Shown here in pieces: positions 33,384 through 44,500 of a stretch of DNA of 64,000 nucleotides. A model generated the notes under the pieces. The model was not told the origin of the DNA. It made no database searches and saw only the letters and a program-made list of their open reading frames with translations. The position numbers and the translations under genes are program-made. The stretch lies in NCBI GenBank assembly GCA_963829055.1, contig CAWHHI010000012.1:32001-96000 (forward strand), read 5' to 3'. This DNA comes from an uncultured Gemmatimonadaceae bacterium (GTDB lineage Bacteria; Gemmatimonadota; Gemmatimonadetes; Gemmatimonadales; Gemmatimonadaceae). Positions within the stretch are counted from its first letter, which is position 1. Every line of letters starts with the position of its first letter.

Positions 33384-36300
33384 TCAGAAGCCGATGTCGA
33401 AGCTCAGGAAGAACGAACGGCTGGGCGGCCACGGTGCGAGGTCGACGAACCGCGCGACGACGTTGCCGCCGTTGTTCACTTCCGGATCGACGCCGTTGTA
33501 GCCCGAGATGATGAACAGGTTTCTGCCAGCGAGGTTGACACGCATGTTGTCGACGCCGCGGACCTTCGAGAGCATGTTGCGCGGAACGTCCCACGACAGG
33601 CTGACTTCACGGACCTTCGTGTAGGACCCGTCCATCAGGTACGCTGCCGTGTTCGCGCCACCGTTCCACAGGTCGTAGCGGTACTTCCCGAGGGGGACGC
33701 CGGCCTTTGGCGACGCGTCCTCGTAATCCCACGTGTTCTCGCCCTCGTCGTACAGGTTCAGCGTCATGTTCGAGAGCGTGCCGCCGTGGCGGTAGTCCAC
33801 GAGCACGTTGAGCGCGAACGCCTTGTACGTGAGGTCGTTGCCGAACTGCATCAGGTACTTCGGGTTCGCGTCGGCGAGCGGAATGTTGCCCACGCCGTCG
33901 ACAGCACCCCAGATCGTGCTGACGCGATTGCCGGAGGCAAAGCGCAGCCGCCCGTAGGCGTTACCGAAGCCACCGGTCGAGTTGATCGTAAACGGCAGCA
34001 CGCCTTCGCCCAGCGTCTTGATCTCCGCGTAGTTCTGCGTGTGCGACGCGCGCGACGTCCAGCTGAAGTTCTGGGTCTGCACGGGAACGATCGTGAGGCC
34101 GACCTCCGTTCCCTGCGACTCCATCTCGCCGCTGTTGTCTGATCGTCTGCGTGATGCCGCTGGACGGCGCGAGCACAGGCCTAACGAGCAGATCGGTGAT
34201 GTTGCGCCTGAAGTACGTCGCCTCGAAGCCGAATGCGCTCGTTCCACGCCGTGACGTCGGTGCCGAACTCCGTCTCGGCTTGCGTCTCAGGCTTGATGTT
34301 GGCGTTGCCGACCGTCGCCGCCTGGATGAAGGCGGGACGCCCGTCGATCAAGGCGGCGTTGGTGACGGTCAGGAACCGATCGCCGTAGTTCGGCTGGTTG
34401 CCCGACAGGCCGTACGCGCCGCGGAGCTTGATCTCGTTGATGAATGGGAGCGGGCTGACGAAGCGGTACGACGCCGCGCCGCGCGGGAACGTGTAGAACT
34501 TGCTCGATGTCACCGTTCACGCTCGAACGCTCGGCGCGGACGGCGCCCGAGACGTAGAGCTTCTCGCTGAACAGGAAGCCTTCGAGCTGTCCGAAGTACG
34601 ACTGGTTGCGAACGATCTGGCGGTTCTGCGTCGTCGCGGTGTTCGCGGCGCCGGAGGCGTTGAACTGCTGCGGCGCGAGACCACGGCCCTGAATGTTGTA
34701 GTCGTTGAGCGTACGATCCGTGTACTGGATGCCGCCCTGAGCCGTCGTGCGAAGCATCGAACCGAAGTTCCAATCGAACACGGCCGCCGTCTGGAAGCTC
34801 GTGTTCAGCTCAGTGCCGTTCCCCTGAATCGCAACGCCGGGGAACGCGCCGGCCTGGACGGAACCGGGAGTCTGGAACTGAAGCGAGGTCGGGGCATAGA
34901 CGTAGTTCTCGTTGGAGAAGCGGTCCACGCCACCGGACGCCGTGAACTGCAGCGCGCCCTTGTCACCGGTCCATGCCGAGTAGTTCAGCGCGGCCGCCGC
35001 CGATGATTCGGTACACGTCCTCGTTCGTGCGCATGAGGTCGAACGTCTGGAACGGGTTCGACGCCGCCTTCACGCCGCCGGGCGGGAACGGGTTGAACAG
35101 GTAATTCCCCTGCGAGTTCTTGGTTTGCAGGTTGAGCACGGCGGGCGTGTAGCCGAACGCGTAGAGCGGGCTCGAGAACGTGTTGTCGTTGTTCGAGACG
35201 CCACGCTGCGCGAAGGAGCGCAGCATGTTCGCGTTGAGGCCGACCGTGATCTTGCTGCCAATGTTCTGGTCGACGTTGGCGCGAAGCGACTGACGCCTGG
35301 CACCCGTCTGGTTCGCAGTGCCGGCCTCGACCTTGTGGAGGCCAGACACGAAGTAGCGCGTGTTCGACGCGCCGCCCGTGAGACTCGCGACCGCCTCGTA
35401 CGACGGCTTCGTCTCACCGAACATCTCCTTCTGGTAGTTGTAGTGCGGGCAGTTCGGCGTGCAGACGGAACGAGCGGCAGCCTGTGCATCGGGGTTACCC
35501 GACGTCGCGCCGACCGAGAGCAGCTCGTCGAGCGTCTCGAAGTTGCGCGAGTCCTGGAGGCGCATGGCCTGATACGTTCCACCACGCATCGTCAGGTTGA
35601 ACTTGGGCGACCCGGCCCTACCACGCTTCGTGGTGATGAGGACGACGCCGTTCGTCGCCTGCGACCCGTAGATCGCAGCCGCGGCGGTGCTCTTCAGCAC
35701 CTCGATCGACTCGATGTCGTTCGGGTTGATGTCGGCGAGCCGGTTCGTGCCGTTCTCCTCGCCGGAGTTGAGCGAGCCGGTCGCGACTGCCTGACGCGTG
35801 CTGCGAACGGAGTTCGAGACGACGACGCCGTCGACGACGAACAGCGGCTGCGTGTTGCCGATCAGCGAGCTCGCGCCGCGGATCTGCACCTGCGCACCGC
35901 CGCCCGGGGCGCCGTTGTTCATGTTGATGCTCGCGCCGACGACCTTGCCCTGCATGGCACTCTCGATCGACGTCGCAGGCGCGCGGGTGAGATCCTCGGC
36001 GCTGACCGAAGATACCGACGTCGCGGCGTTCTTCTTTTCGATCGTGGTCGCGGTGCCGGTGACCGTCACGCCTTCGAGTTGCAGCACGTCCTTCTCGAGT
36101 GCGAAGTCAGCGGTCGACTGGGTGGCTACCACACGCGCGCCGCCACGCTTGAAGCCGATCGCTCTGACGAGCAGCGTGACGTCCGTTTGCGGTACGCGGA
36201 TGCGATACTCACCGTTCGCATTCGTCCGAACGCCGGCAGGGGAGCCGACCACGCCGACCGTAGCGTCGGCGAGCGGTGTGTTCGAACCGGTTTGGACGAC

Positions 36301-36393
36301 TTTCCCGGTGATCTCTCGCGTCGCCTGGGCTCGGGCAATGCCCGGCACCATCAGCGTCGCGATGAGTGGTACGGCAGACAAGAATCTGCGCAC
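33384..36393 (-). CDS. SusC/RagA-family TonB-dependent outer membrane protein, several frameshifts
   Basis: IRGASSL..NTQPLFVVDGV, DINPNDIESIEVLKSTAAAAIYGSQATNGVVLITTKRG, C-terminal DPEVN...PPSRSFFLSFDIGF. Confidence 0.93.
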
Positions 36394-36717
36394 ATCTTCC
36401 TCCGTTTTCTCGGGTTGAGTGGGACTGGTGGACGAAATTTCCCATCTCGGCCCGGATTCTCGCGGTCTGTCACCGAACTGTCAAGCTTCGCCCGGCATTT
36501 TGGGACGAAGCGCGAGAAACGAACGACATACGGGCGTGAAATCGCGCGCTCCCGCATGATCCGAGGTGGCAAACCGTCCGAATTGGTGACGAATCGTAGA
36601 CGGTCGCGGACGATGCTGCGCAACCGGGTTGTCGCCGTCGTGTGTCTTGACGCGCGGTGCGCCAGCGATAGGCTATCGGCTATTCGCACCACCGACCCGT
36701 TCGAGGGAGTCAACTCA

Positions 36718-39003
36718 ATGCGTCGCGCATACCGCAGGACGTCTCGCCCGATGACGGTTTTCGCCGTCGCCATCTGCTCCGCGTTCGCTGCACCCACTCG
36801 CGCGGTCGCGCAGACAGCGCCGCCTGCGTCGACGTTCTCGATCGACGATGCGCTCAATGTCGTCAGCTACTCGCAATCAGATCTGAGCGACGACGGACGC
36901 TGGCTCGCGACGGTGTCCGTGAGCCGTCGCGACGGCATCGGCGTCGATTACCGGCGTGATGGCGACCCGACCTACATCCGCCCAGCGGCGGGGATGGTGT
37001 GGGTCATCGAGACCGCGACGGGCAAGTCGCGCGCACTGTTCCCGGACAAGCGGAACGCGAAGAGTCTCGCCTGGTCCCCCGACGGTGCCCGGCTCGCGAT
37101 GCTCGTCCTGCACAACGACGCGTTCGAGCCCGTGATCTGGGAGCGCGCGACGGGACGCGCGACGACGGTGGCGACACCGCCGGGAACGTACGTGGCCGAG
37201 AATAGCGACGTGCGCTGGACGAGCGACGGCGCGTCGATCGTGTTCGCCCTGCACCGCGACGCGTGGAAGAAGTCGATCCATGAGCAGTTCGATCGATACA
37301 CGAAGGGACCGGTGTTCGTGCAGTCGAGCAGCGATCCGTTCCTGGCGTGGGATGATCTCCGGCGCTCCGCGAACAAGCGCTCGGTCGCGGCATACGATCT
37401 CGCGACCCGTCGCACGCGTGAGATCATCCCCGAAGGCATGATCGCCTCGTACACGCTGGTCACCGGCGACTCGGTCGTCGTGTACAGCGAGGACGTCACG
37501 ACCAAGACCGACTACGACGTCATCTTCGGCACCGAGAACCGGCTGATGGCGCGCACGCCCGGTGCGGCAGCGCCACGAACGGTGCTTCCCTCGCTCAAGT
37601 CCACGAACGTGGTGTGGACCGAAGACGGTCGGCGCTTCGCGTACGGAAAGGAAGGCCGCGTGTTCATTGGATCGCCGAAGGACAGTGGCGGTAGACAGAT
37701 CGCGGGTCCGGCGGCCGGCGCTCCGCGCGACACGAGCACGGCCGATACGTCGGCGGCGGCGCGGGAACGTCGCGCGCGCGAACGATTCACGCCGGTGCGA
37801 TTCAACAGCACAGGCGAGCTGCTGCTGCTGTCCAACCGACAGGGCCTGTGGGTCGCCGACGTCGCGACCGGCAACAAGGATCTCATGCTGGAGATCGCGC
37901 CGGACTCCTCGACGCAGGGTCCGCGCATGACGGCGATCGGCTGGAGCCCCGATAGCCGCTACGTCTATCTCACGTCAGCGTCGCGCACGAACTGGGAACG
38001 CGGCATCGCGCGGTTCGACCGCACGACGAAGCGCCTCGATGAGCTGGTGAAGGACGGGCGGATGTACTCGAACTTCCGCCTCTCGAAGAACGGCTCGGTC
38101 GCGATGGTCTCGATTGCGGACGGCAACCGACCGCCGGACATCTATGTGGGAGACGCGTCACTTGGCGGGATTCGCCGGATCACGGATGCCAATCCGTGGA
38201 TGCGCGAGCGGAAGATCGGTAGTACGGAGCTGCTCTCGTACCTCGACGCCGATGGGCATCAGAAGTACGGCGTCGTCTACTATCCCGCGAACTACACCAA
38301 GGGCCAGCGCTATCCCACGCTGTTCAACATCTACGAGGACTTCTTCGACGACGCGTTCGACGCGACGGCGAACGTGCTGACGGCCGCCGGCTACGTGGTG
38401 GTGAAGCCGTCGGTCGACTTCGACATCGGGTATCCCGGCGAGGCGTGGGTGAAGGGTGTCACATCGGCGGCGAACAAACTCATTGAGATGGGCGTGGCCG
38501 ATTCAGCGCGGCTCGGCGTGCATGGCACGAGCTACGGTGGCTACGCGACGAATCTGCTGATCACGCAGACGAATCGATTCAAGGCCGCCATCAACATCTC
38601 CGGCAAGGTCGATATCATCAGCTTCTACACGGACAGCCCGCGACTCGGCGTCCGCAATGTCCACGCGGCGGAGAAGAGCCAGGATCGGCTCGGCGCAACG
38701 CTCTGGCAGCAGCCGCAGAAGTACGTCGCGCATTCGGCGATCATGTTCGCGGATCGCATCACGACCCCGCTCCTGCTGATGACGGGCGACCAGGACTCGA
38801 ACGTTCCGGCGAACAACACGCGCGAGATGTACTACGCGCTGCGTCGCCTCGGGAAAACGGTGGAGTGGGTGAACTACATGAACAGCGGTCACGGCACGCC
38901 GGCGACGACGGTCGAAGATTTCACGGACTTCCACCGCCGCATGCTCGCGTGGTACCAGAAGTACCTGAAGGTCGAGCCGAAGAAGGTGGCGGAGGCGCGT
39001 TAG
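36718..39003 (+). CDS. S9 prolyl oligopeptidase-family serine peptidase with beta-propeller
   Basis: RBS GAGGGAG, signal peptide, WSPDG repeats, GVHGTSYGGY, LLMTGDQDSNVP, NSGHG. Confidence 0.92.
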   Translation: MRRAYRRTSRPMTVFAVAICSAFAAPTRAVAQTAPPASTFSIDDALNVVSYSQSDLSDDGRWLATVSVSRRDGIGVDYRRDGDPTYIRPAAGMVWVIETATGKSRALFPDKRNAKSLAWSPDGARLAMLVLHNDAFEPVIWERATGRATTVATPPGTYVAENSDVRWTSDGASIVFALHRDAWKKSIHEQFDRYTKGPVFVQSSSDPFLAWDDLRRSANKRSVAAYDLATRRTREIIPEGMIASYTLVTGDSVVVYSEDVTTKTDYDVIFGTENRLMARTPGAAAPRTVLPSLKSTNVVWTEDGRRFAYGKEGRVFIGSPKDSGGRQIAGPAAGAPRDTSTADTSAAARERRARERFTPVRFNSTGELLLLSNRQGLWVADVATGNKDLMLEIAPDSSTQGPRMTAIGWSPDSRYVYLTSASRTNWERGIARFDRTTKRLDELVKDGRMYSNFRLSKNGSVAMVSIADGNRPPDIYVGDASLGGIRRITDANPWMRERKIGSTELLSYLDADGHQKYGVVYYPANYTKGQRYPTLFNIYEDFFDDAFDATANVLTAAGYVVVKPSVDFDIGYPGEAWVKGVTSAANKLIEMGVADSARLGVHGTSYGGYATNLLITQTNRFKAAINISGKVDIISFYTDSPRLGVRNVHAAEKSQDRLGATLWQQPQKYVAHSAIMFADRITTPLLLMTGDQDSNVPANNTREMYYALRRLGKTVEWVNYMNSGHGTPATTVEDFTDFHRRMLAWYQKYLKVEPKKVAEAR

Positions 39004-39035
39004 GTGTGACGCGATGATCGCGGATGCTTAGTGCT

Positions 39036-39430
39036 GGGTTCATCGCGCCGCGGCCGGTGGGAACTGCGATTTGGCGGATGACACGGAAAACGGCCGGATA
39101 CAACTTTGCATTGACGCTGGCTCATCACCGGACTCTGAACTAATGGGAACGGCCGCTCGGGACGCCAGTGCGTCCCGAGCGGCCGTTCCCAACAGATCCC
39201 GGCTCGTCTGGCGAGAGGAGACTCGTCACCTGAACGGCGACCGTGAATGCAAAGCCGGGCTGTCATTCCGAGCGGAGCCGCGAAGCGGCGCAGTCGAGGA
39301 ATCGCGATCATCCGGGTCGAGCGGCCCTACGGCGCAATCGCGATTCCGGGAATGCAACGCCGTGGAATCCGGTCGTTTCGCAGTTCCGATCCGCCGAATC
39401 GTAGTTCCCACCGGCCCCGGCGCGATGCAC
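39036..39430. repeat. Second composite palindromic element (A-hairpin-REP-A')
   Basis: Same GGGTTCATCGCGCCG...TTTGCATT unit and same GGGAACGGCCGCTCGGGA hairpin as 22183-22688, with a nested TGTCATTCCGAGCG REP. Confidence 0.85.
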
Positions 39431-39437
39431 TGTCTGG

Positions 39438-40640
39438 CTAGCCGCGGCTGACATTTCGGATCTCGTCCGGTAGCGCATCCAGCAACGGCCGGAGCTCCGT
39501 CGCGCGATCGAGCGTCGTCACGAACGTGAGTCCTGGCAGCGTCACCACCAGCATGCTCGATACTCCGTAGAGCACCACCGGCACGCCCTCGGCATGCACG
39601 ACGTTCCCCGTGCATTCCACGAAGTGCACCTCGCCGTGTGCGCCGTTCCCGTCGTCGTCGAGCTCCCGCGCGCGGCGCAGGGAGGCCCACGTGCCGACGT
39701 CGTCCCACCCGAAGTCTCCCGGCACGACCACCAGGTTCGACGTTCGCTCGAGCAGGCCTCGTTCGATCGACACCGACTGGATCATCCCAGCGAAGCGCAC
39801 GAAGTCCCGTTCTCCGAGCGCCTGCAGTCCGTGCGCGAGCTCGGACGCGTGCTCGGACAGTGCGGCGAGCACGTCCTGCGCGCGCCAGACGAAGATCCCG
39901 GAATTCCAGAACGCGCCATCGCTCACGAGCATCTCGGCCAGGATGGGCCCCGGTTTCTCGATGAACGTCTTCACGCGACACGGCGCGCCGTCATCCGCCA
40001 TGCCGCCGTGCAGCGGCTGACCGGGACGCATGTAGCCGAACGCCGTTTCCGGCCGCGTCGCGCGAACGCCGACGGCGGTGAGGACCTTGTCGCGCGCCGC
40101 CACGCGAGCCGCGCGGATCACGGCGTGCCGGAAGAATTCCGGAAATGCCACCGCGAGGTCGGCGTGAATGCAGCAGAAGATCGTCTCCGGCCCCGCGCGC
40201 CGAGCAATCTCCTGTGCGCCCCACGCCAGCGCTGCCGCCGTGCCGAGGGGCCGAGGCTCGACGAGCATGTTCGTCTCCGGGATCTCAGGGATCGCGGCGT
40301 GGATCGCCGGCGCGATGTCGCGGCTCGTCAGCACGAGCACGCGCTCCGGCGGAATGAGCGGCGCGAGGCGGGCCACTGTCTCGGCGATGAGCGGCCGCTC
40401 GCCGATCAGCTTCAACAACTGCTTCGGTCGTTCAGGTGTGCTCAGTGGCCAGAAGCGTGAGCCGATACCGCCCGCCAGCACGATCGCCCACATCGATGAA
40501 TCGGCGTCGAGCTGCGCCTCCGGTTGCGCCTCTTCCGCGGGGAGCGTTGCAACGGGCTCGGTTTCGGATGTCGTCACGGGGACGACCGGCACGGGCATGT
40601 TTCGCATGGGATCTCGTAAACGCGGTCCTGGAGCAGCCAT
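39438..40640 (-). CDS. manC: Mannose-1-phosphate guanylyltransferase
   Basis: IVLAGGIGSRFWPLSTPERPKQLL, EPRPLGTAAA, PETAFGY, FIEKP, WNSGIF, WDDVGTW. Confidence 0.93.
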   Translation of the reverse strand: MAAPGPRLRDPMRNMPVPVVPVTTSETEPVATLPAEEAQPEAQLDADSSMWAIVLAGGIGSRFWPLSTPERPKQLLKLIGERPLIAETVARLAPLIPPERVLVLTSRDIAPAIHAAIPEIPETNMLVEPRPLGTAAALAWGAQEIARRAGPETIFCCIHADLAVAFPEFFRHAVIRAARVAARDKVLTAVGVRATRPETAFGYMRPGQPLHGGMADDGAPCRVKTFIEKPGPILAEMLVSDGAFWNSGIFVWRAQDVLAALSEHASELAHGLQALGERDFVRFAGMIQSVSIERGLLERTSNLVVVPGDFGWDDVGTWASLRRARELDDDGNGAHGEVHFVECTGNVVHAEGVPVVLYGVSSMLVVTLPGLTFVTTLDRATELRPLLDALPDEIRNVSRG

Positions 40641-40709
40641 GGTCGCGGGGCGTGTAAACTACACAGTCGCAGTGCTGGCGTCTGCCAGTGCGAGAACGGG
40701 GTATCGGGA

Positions 40710-41504
40710 GTGGCCACGATTCATCCTCCACACGGGCGGGGCGACCCTGCCCCGCGGCTCGACGAGCTCGACCTCGAAGCGCATCTCACGGATCCTGCGC
40801 TGAAACAGCGCTTCGTGACGCCGATGTTCGACATCATCGCGCCACGTTACGATCGATTCACGCGCGTCTTCTCGTTCGGGATGGACCGTCGCTGGAAGGC
40901 CGAGCTCACGTCGTGGATGGCGACCGCCATCGGCCCGCGCGACCGCGTCCTGGACCTGGCCTGCGGAACGGGCGATCTCGCGTTCGCCGCGGGTGAGCGC
41001 GCCGTCGATGGCGACGTCCTCGGTGTGGACGCGTCGTCCGTGATGATCGACCTCGCCCGCCAGCGCGCCGAGAAGGATGCGCCCCGCCGGAACGTGCGGT
41101 TCGTCGTCGGCGACATCTCGACCCTCGACGTCCCGACCGCATCGATCGACGCCATCACGGCGGGCTACGCGCTCCGGAACGTTCCGGACTACGCTCGCGC
41201 CGTGGCGGAGATCGCGCGCGTGCTCAAACCCGGCGGCGTCGTGACGACGCTCGACTTCTACCGCCCCCAATCCGTGCTGTGGCGGCGCCTCTTCCTCTGG
41301 TACCTGTCCGTCGCCGGGAACTGGATCGGATGGCTGTGGCACCGCCAGCCGGTCGTGTACGGGTATATCGCGCCGTCGATCGACCACTTCGTGTCGTGGC
41401 AGCGGTTCTCGCGGACGCTCGCGGAGCACGGGCTTCGCGTCGAGTCGGTGCGGACGAAGCTGCTCGGCGGCGTGGCGATCCACATCGCCCGGCGCGCTGC
41501 CTAA
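40710..41504 (+). CDS. UbiE/MenG-family SAM methyltransferase
   Basis: MFDIIAPRYDRF, VLDLACGTGDLA, GYALRNV, RVLKPGG. Confidence 0.9.
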   Translation: MATIHPPHGRGDPAPRLDELDLEAHLTDPALKQRFVTPMFDIIAPRYDRFTRVFSFGMDRRWKAELTSWMATAIGPRDRVLDLACGTGDLAFAAGERAVDGDVLGVDASSVMIDLARQRAEKDAPRRNVRFVVGDISTLDVPTASIDAITAGYALRNVPDYARAVAEIARVLKPGGVVTTLDFYRPQSVLWRRLFLWYLSVAGNWIGWLWHRQPVVYGYIAPSIDHFVSWQRFSRTLAEHGLRVESVRTKLLGGVAIHIARRAA

Positions 41505-41520
41505 CGTCGTTCCGTAGCGC

Positions 41521-44500
41521 TCAGCAACCCATCCGGCTAGCGAGGCCGTGGAATCCGGATGCGATCGCCGCGTAACGCACCCGTTCCACGATGGCGTTGG
41601 CTGACGTCACGCCGACCGCTACGAGCGCCGGTGCACACTCCGCCACCAGCGTCGCGGTCGCGAACGCGTCGTTAGGTTCCGCTGCCTCGAGCGCGCGCTG
41701 GAAGCGATCCGCCGCGATTTCAGAATGACCGGCGAGAGAAGCAAGACGAATCGCCAATGCGTCCACACGCTCACGGCCCGTGAACCACGCCGACGCTGGC
41801 CCCGCGGTGACCATCTCGTCTGCACGTCGGAGGCGCGCTTCCGCAACGCCGATATCGCCTTGGTCCAGCGCGGCAAGTCCTGCGCTCGCGTGGGCTACGA
41901 TCTCGGTTGCTTCGTCGTCGAGCTCATTCGCGCGCGCCGCCGCGGCCTCGTATGCGGTGATCGCCTCATCCCACCGCCCGTCCTCGCGCGCGACGTGTCC
42001 CAGCGTCAGCAGCACGACGGCGCGCTTTGAATCATCGCGCACTGTCGTGAACAGCCGCAGGGCTTCCTCGAGTCGCTCACGTGCTTGACCGAGCACACCC
42101 GCTTTGAGGTCCAGCACACCGAGCGCGAAGGTCGCGATGGCGGCAAGGTCTGGCGCATGCGCCTGCCGCGCCGTGTCGAACGCCATCTCGAGCGTCTCAC
42201 GCGCCGCGCTCAGGCGACCTGCGTCCGCGTGTGCGTTGCCCGTAGCGAGCCAGCAGCGCGTCTGCCCGTGCTTGTCGCCGAGTCGCATGAACAGCGCGAG
42301 CGCCTCCCGATACCGGTCGAGCGTCTCCTCGAGGCGTTGCGCCGGGAGCGATGCGCCGAGCCGCAGCAGCGCGTCTGCATGGCCGCGCCTGTCGCCGCGC
42401 GTGGCGGACAACCGAACGGCGCGTCGGGCGGACCGCTCGGCTGCCTCGAGGTCGCCTAACGCGGCGTGCGCTTCGGCGATCATGACGTGCAGCGCGACGG
42501 CTTCTTCATCGATGTGTTCGGCCTCGGCTTCGACGAGCAGCATCGAGCACGCGTCGAGCGTTTGACGCACAGGTTGGCCGCGCCGCGCGCGCAGCCGTTC
42601 CCGAATACGGCGCACGGACAGTGCGCGCAACGTGTCGCTCTCGATTGCCAGATGATCGAGCGCCAGGTCGCAGAGGTCCTCCGCCTGTTCGAAGCGGCCT
42701 GCGAACTCGGCCACCTGAGCATGTTGGATGCGAGCGGCGGCGAGGTCGCTGGCCGACGGAGCATGTCGCTGCGCCACCGCGAGACACGCCGCCGCCTCGT
42801 CGTGGGCATGAACGCTGATCGCGCGTTCTGCCGCGAGCATCGCATAGCGATACGCTTCGCGATCGTCGCCGGCGACGTGGTAGTGACGCGCGATATCGGC
42901 AACGGCGGTCGGCGTCCTCATCTCGAGCGCACGCGCGATACGACGATGCAACTCCGGACGTACGCGATCCGGTATGACGATACGCGCGGCGTCAGCGAGC
43001 ACCGCATGCGCGAACTCGTACTCGCGCCCGTCGTGCCGCTCACCGCGAACGAGCACCGCCGCGGTCACACCCTCGTCGAGCGCACCGTCGATGTCCGCCG
43101 GCTCGCCGGCACCGGCGGCGACGAGGAGGCCGGCGTCGAACGAAGTCCCCAGCGACGCGGCGCACGCGATGATCGCCGCGGCTCGCGGAGACAACCGGGC
43201 GATGCGCCGGCTCACGAGTTGCGTGCACGCCGGCGGGAGCTGCATCTGATCCAGCGACCGCCACTCCCAGCGCGTGCCGGCATACCACACGCCTCCGTCG
43301 TCGATGAGCGCGCGTAGCACCTGCACGACGAGCAGCGGGTTCCCTTCCGTGTACCGATGAAGGAACGTCGGGAGCTCGGTGCCGATGTCACCCTGATGGA
43401 ACACGGTCTCGAGCCACCGCTTCAGCTCTTCTCGCGAAAAGCGGCGAAGACTGACCTGCGCGAACCCGCGTGAACGGGCGAGCCTCCGCCGGCGCTCGGC
43501 CACGTCACGCGCTTCCTCCGCGCGAATCGTCGCGCAGATCAGAATGCGTGCATCGCCAAGCTGGGCGACGACGAACTCGAGGGCGTCCCAGCTTGCCCGG
43601 TCCGCCCACTGCATGTCCTCGAGGACAACGGCAAGCGGCCGATTGGACGCGGCGGAGCGGAGGTATGCGACCAGTTCCTCGAGCAACGCGTACGGACTGG
43701 GTTCCCCTTCTCGCGATGGCTTGCCACGGCCTAACGCCGGAACGATCCGTGAGAGTGCAGGCCATTCCGTGGCAGCGACGAGACCTTCGTGGTGAATCGT
43801 GGCAACGACGTCGGCCCACGCCGCGAACGGCGCCTTCACGGCGGACTCCGTGTTGCGTCCGCCGACGATCAAACCAGCGCGCACGCGGACCTCGGGCTCG
43901 AGCTGTCGAAGGAGGGTGGACTTCCCCACCCCGGCCTCGCCGACGACCGCGACGAGGCGGCCGTCGCCGCGGAACGCCGCGTCGAGCCAGCTCACCAGCT
44001 TCCTCAACTCTTCGACGCGGCCGACGAAGCGGTCGAGATCCATTCGCGGCGTCGCAGGGCGCGGCTCGACGTCATCGGCGGACGCGATCCCACCGGCGCC
44101 GGCGCCTCGAGCGGCGAACAGCGCGCGATCTGCCGCGGCAATGAGCGCCTCCGCGCTGTCAGCGTTCGCCGGTGACGACGCGGCCCCGGCCGACACCGTA
44201 ATGGCCATCGTCGATTCCGGATCGTTGCGAACAGGCAAGCGCAGATGCGCGACCGCAGCCTGCAGCCGCACCGCAACCTCTCGCGCTACCGCGAGCGGGG
44301 CGCCGGGCAGGAGAATCGCGAACTCGTCACCGCCGTATCTCCCGACGACATCTCCACCGCGCAGACCATGCTGCAGCACGCGCGCGATCGCCCACAGCAC
44401 GTTGTCACCCTGCAGGTGCCCGTACGCCTCGTTCACTCGCGCGAGGTCATCGACGTCAATGAACAGGAGCGACACTGGCGCGGTTGCATTTCGGCGCCGA

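Noticed and set aside
35125..36717. 1292-aa ORF 35125..39003 as one giant protein
   Set aside because: The first ~530 codons are mostly the antisense shadow of susC; the peptidase has its own RBS, ATG (36718) and signal peptide.
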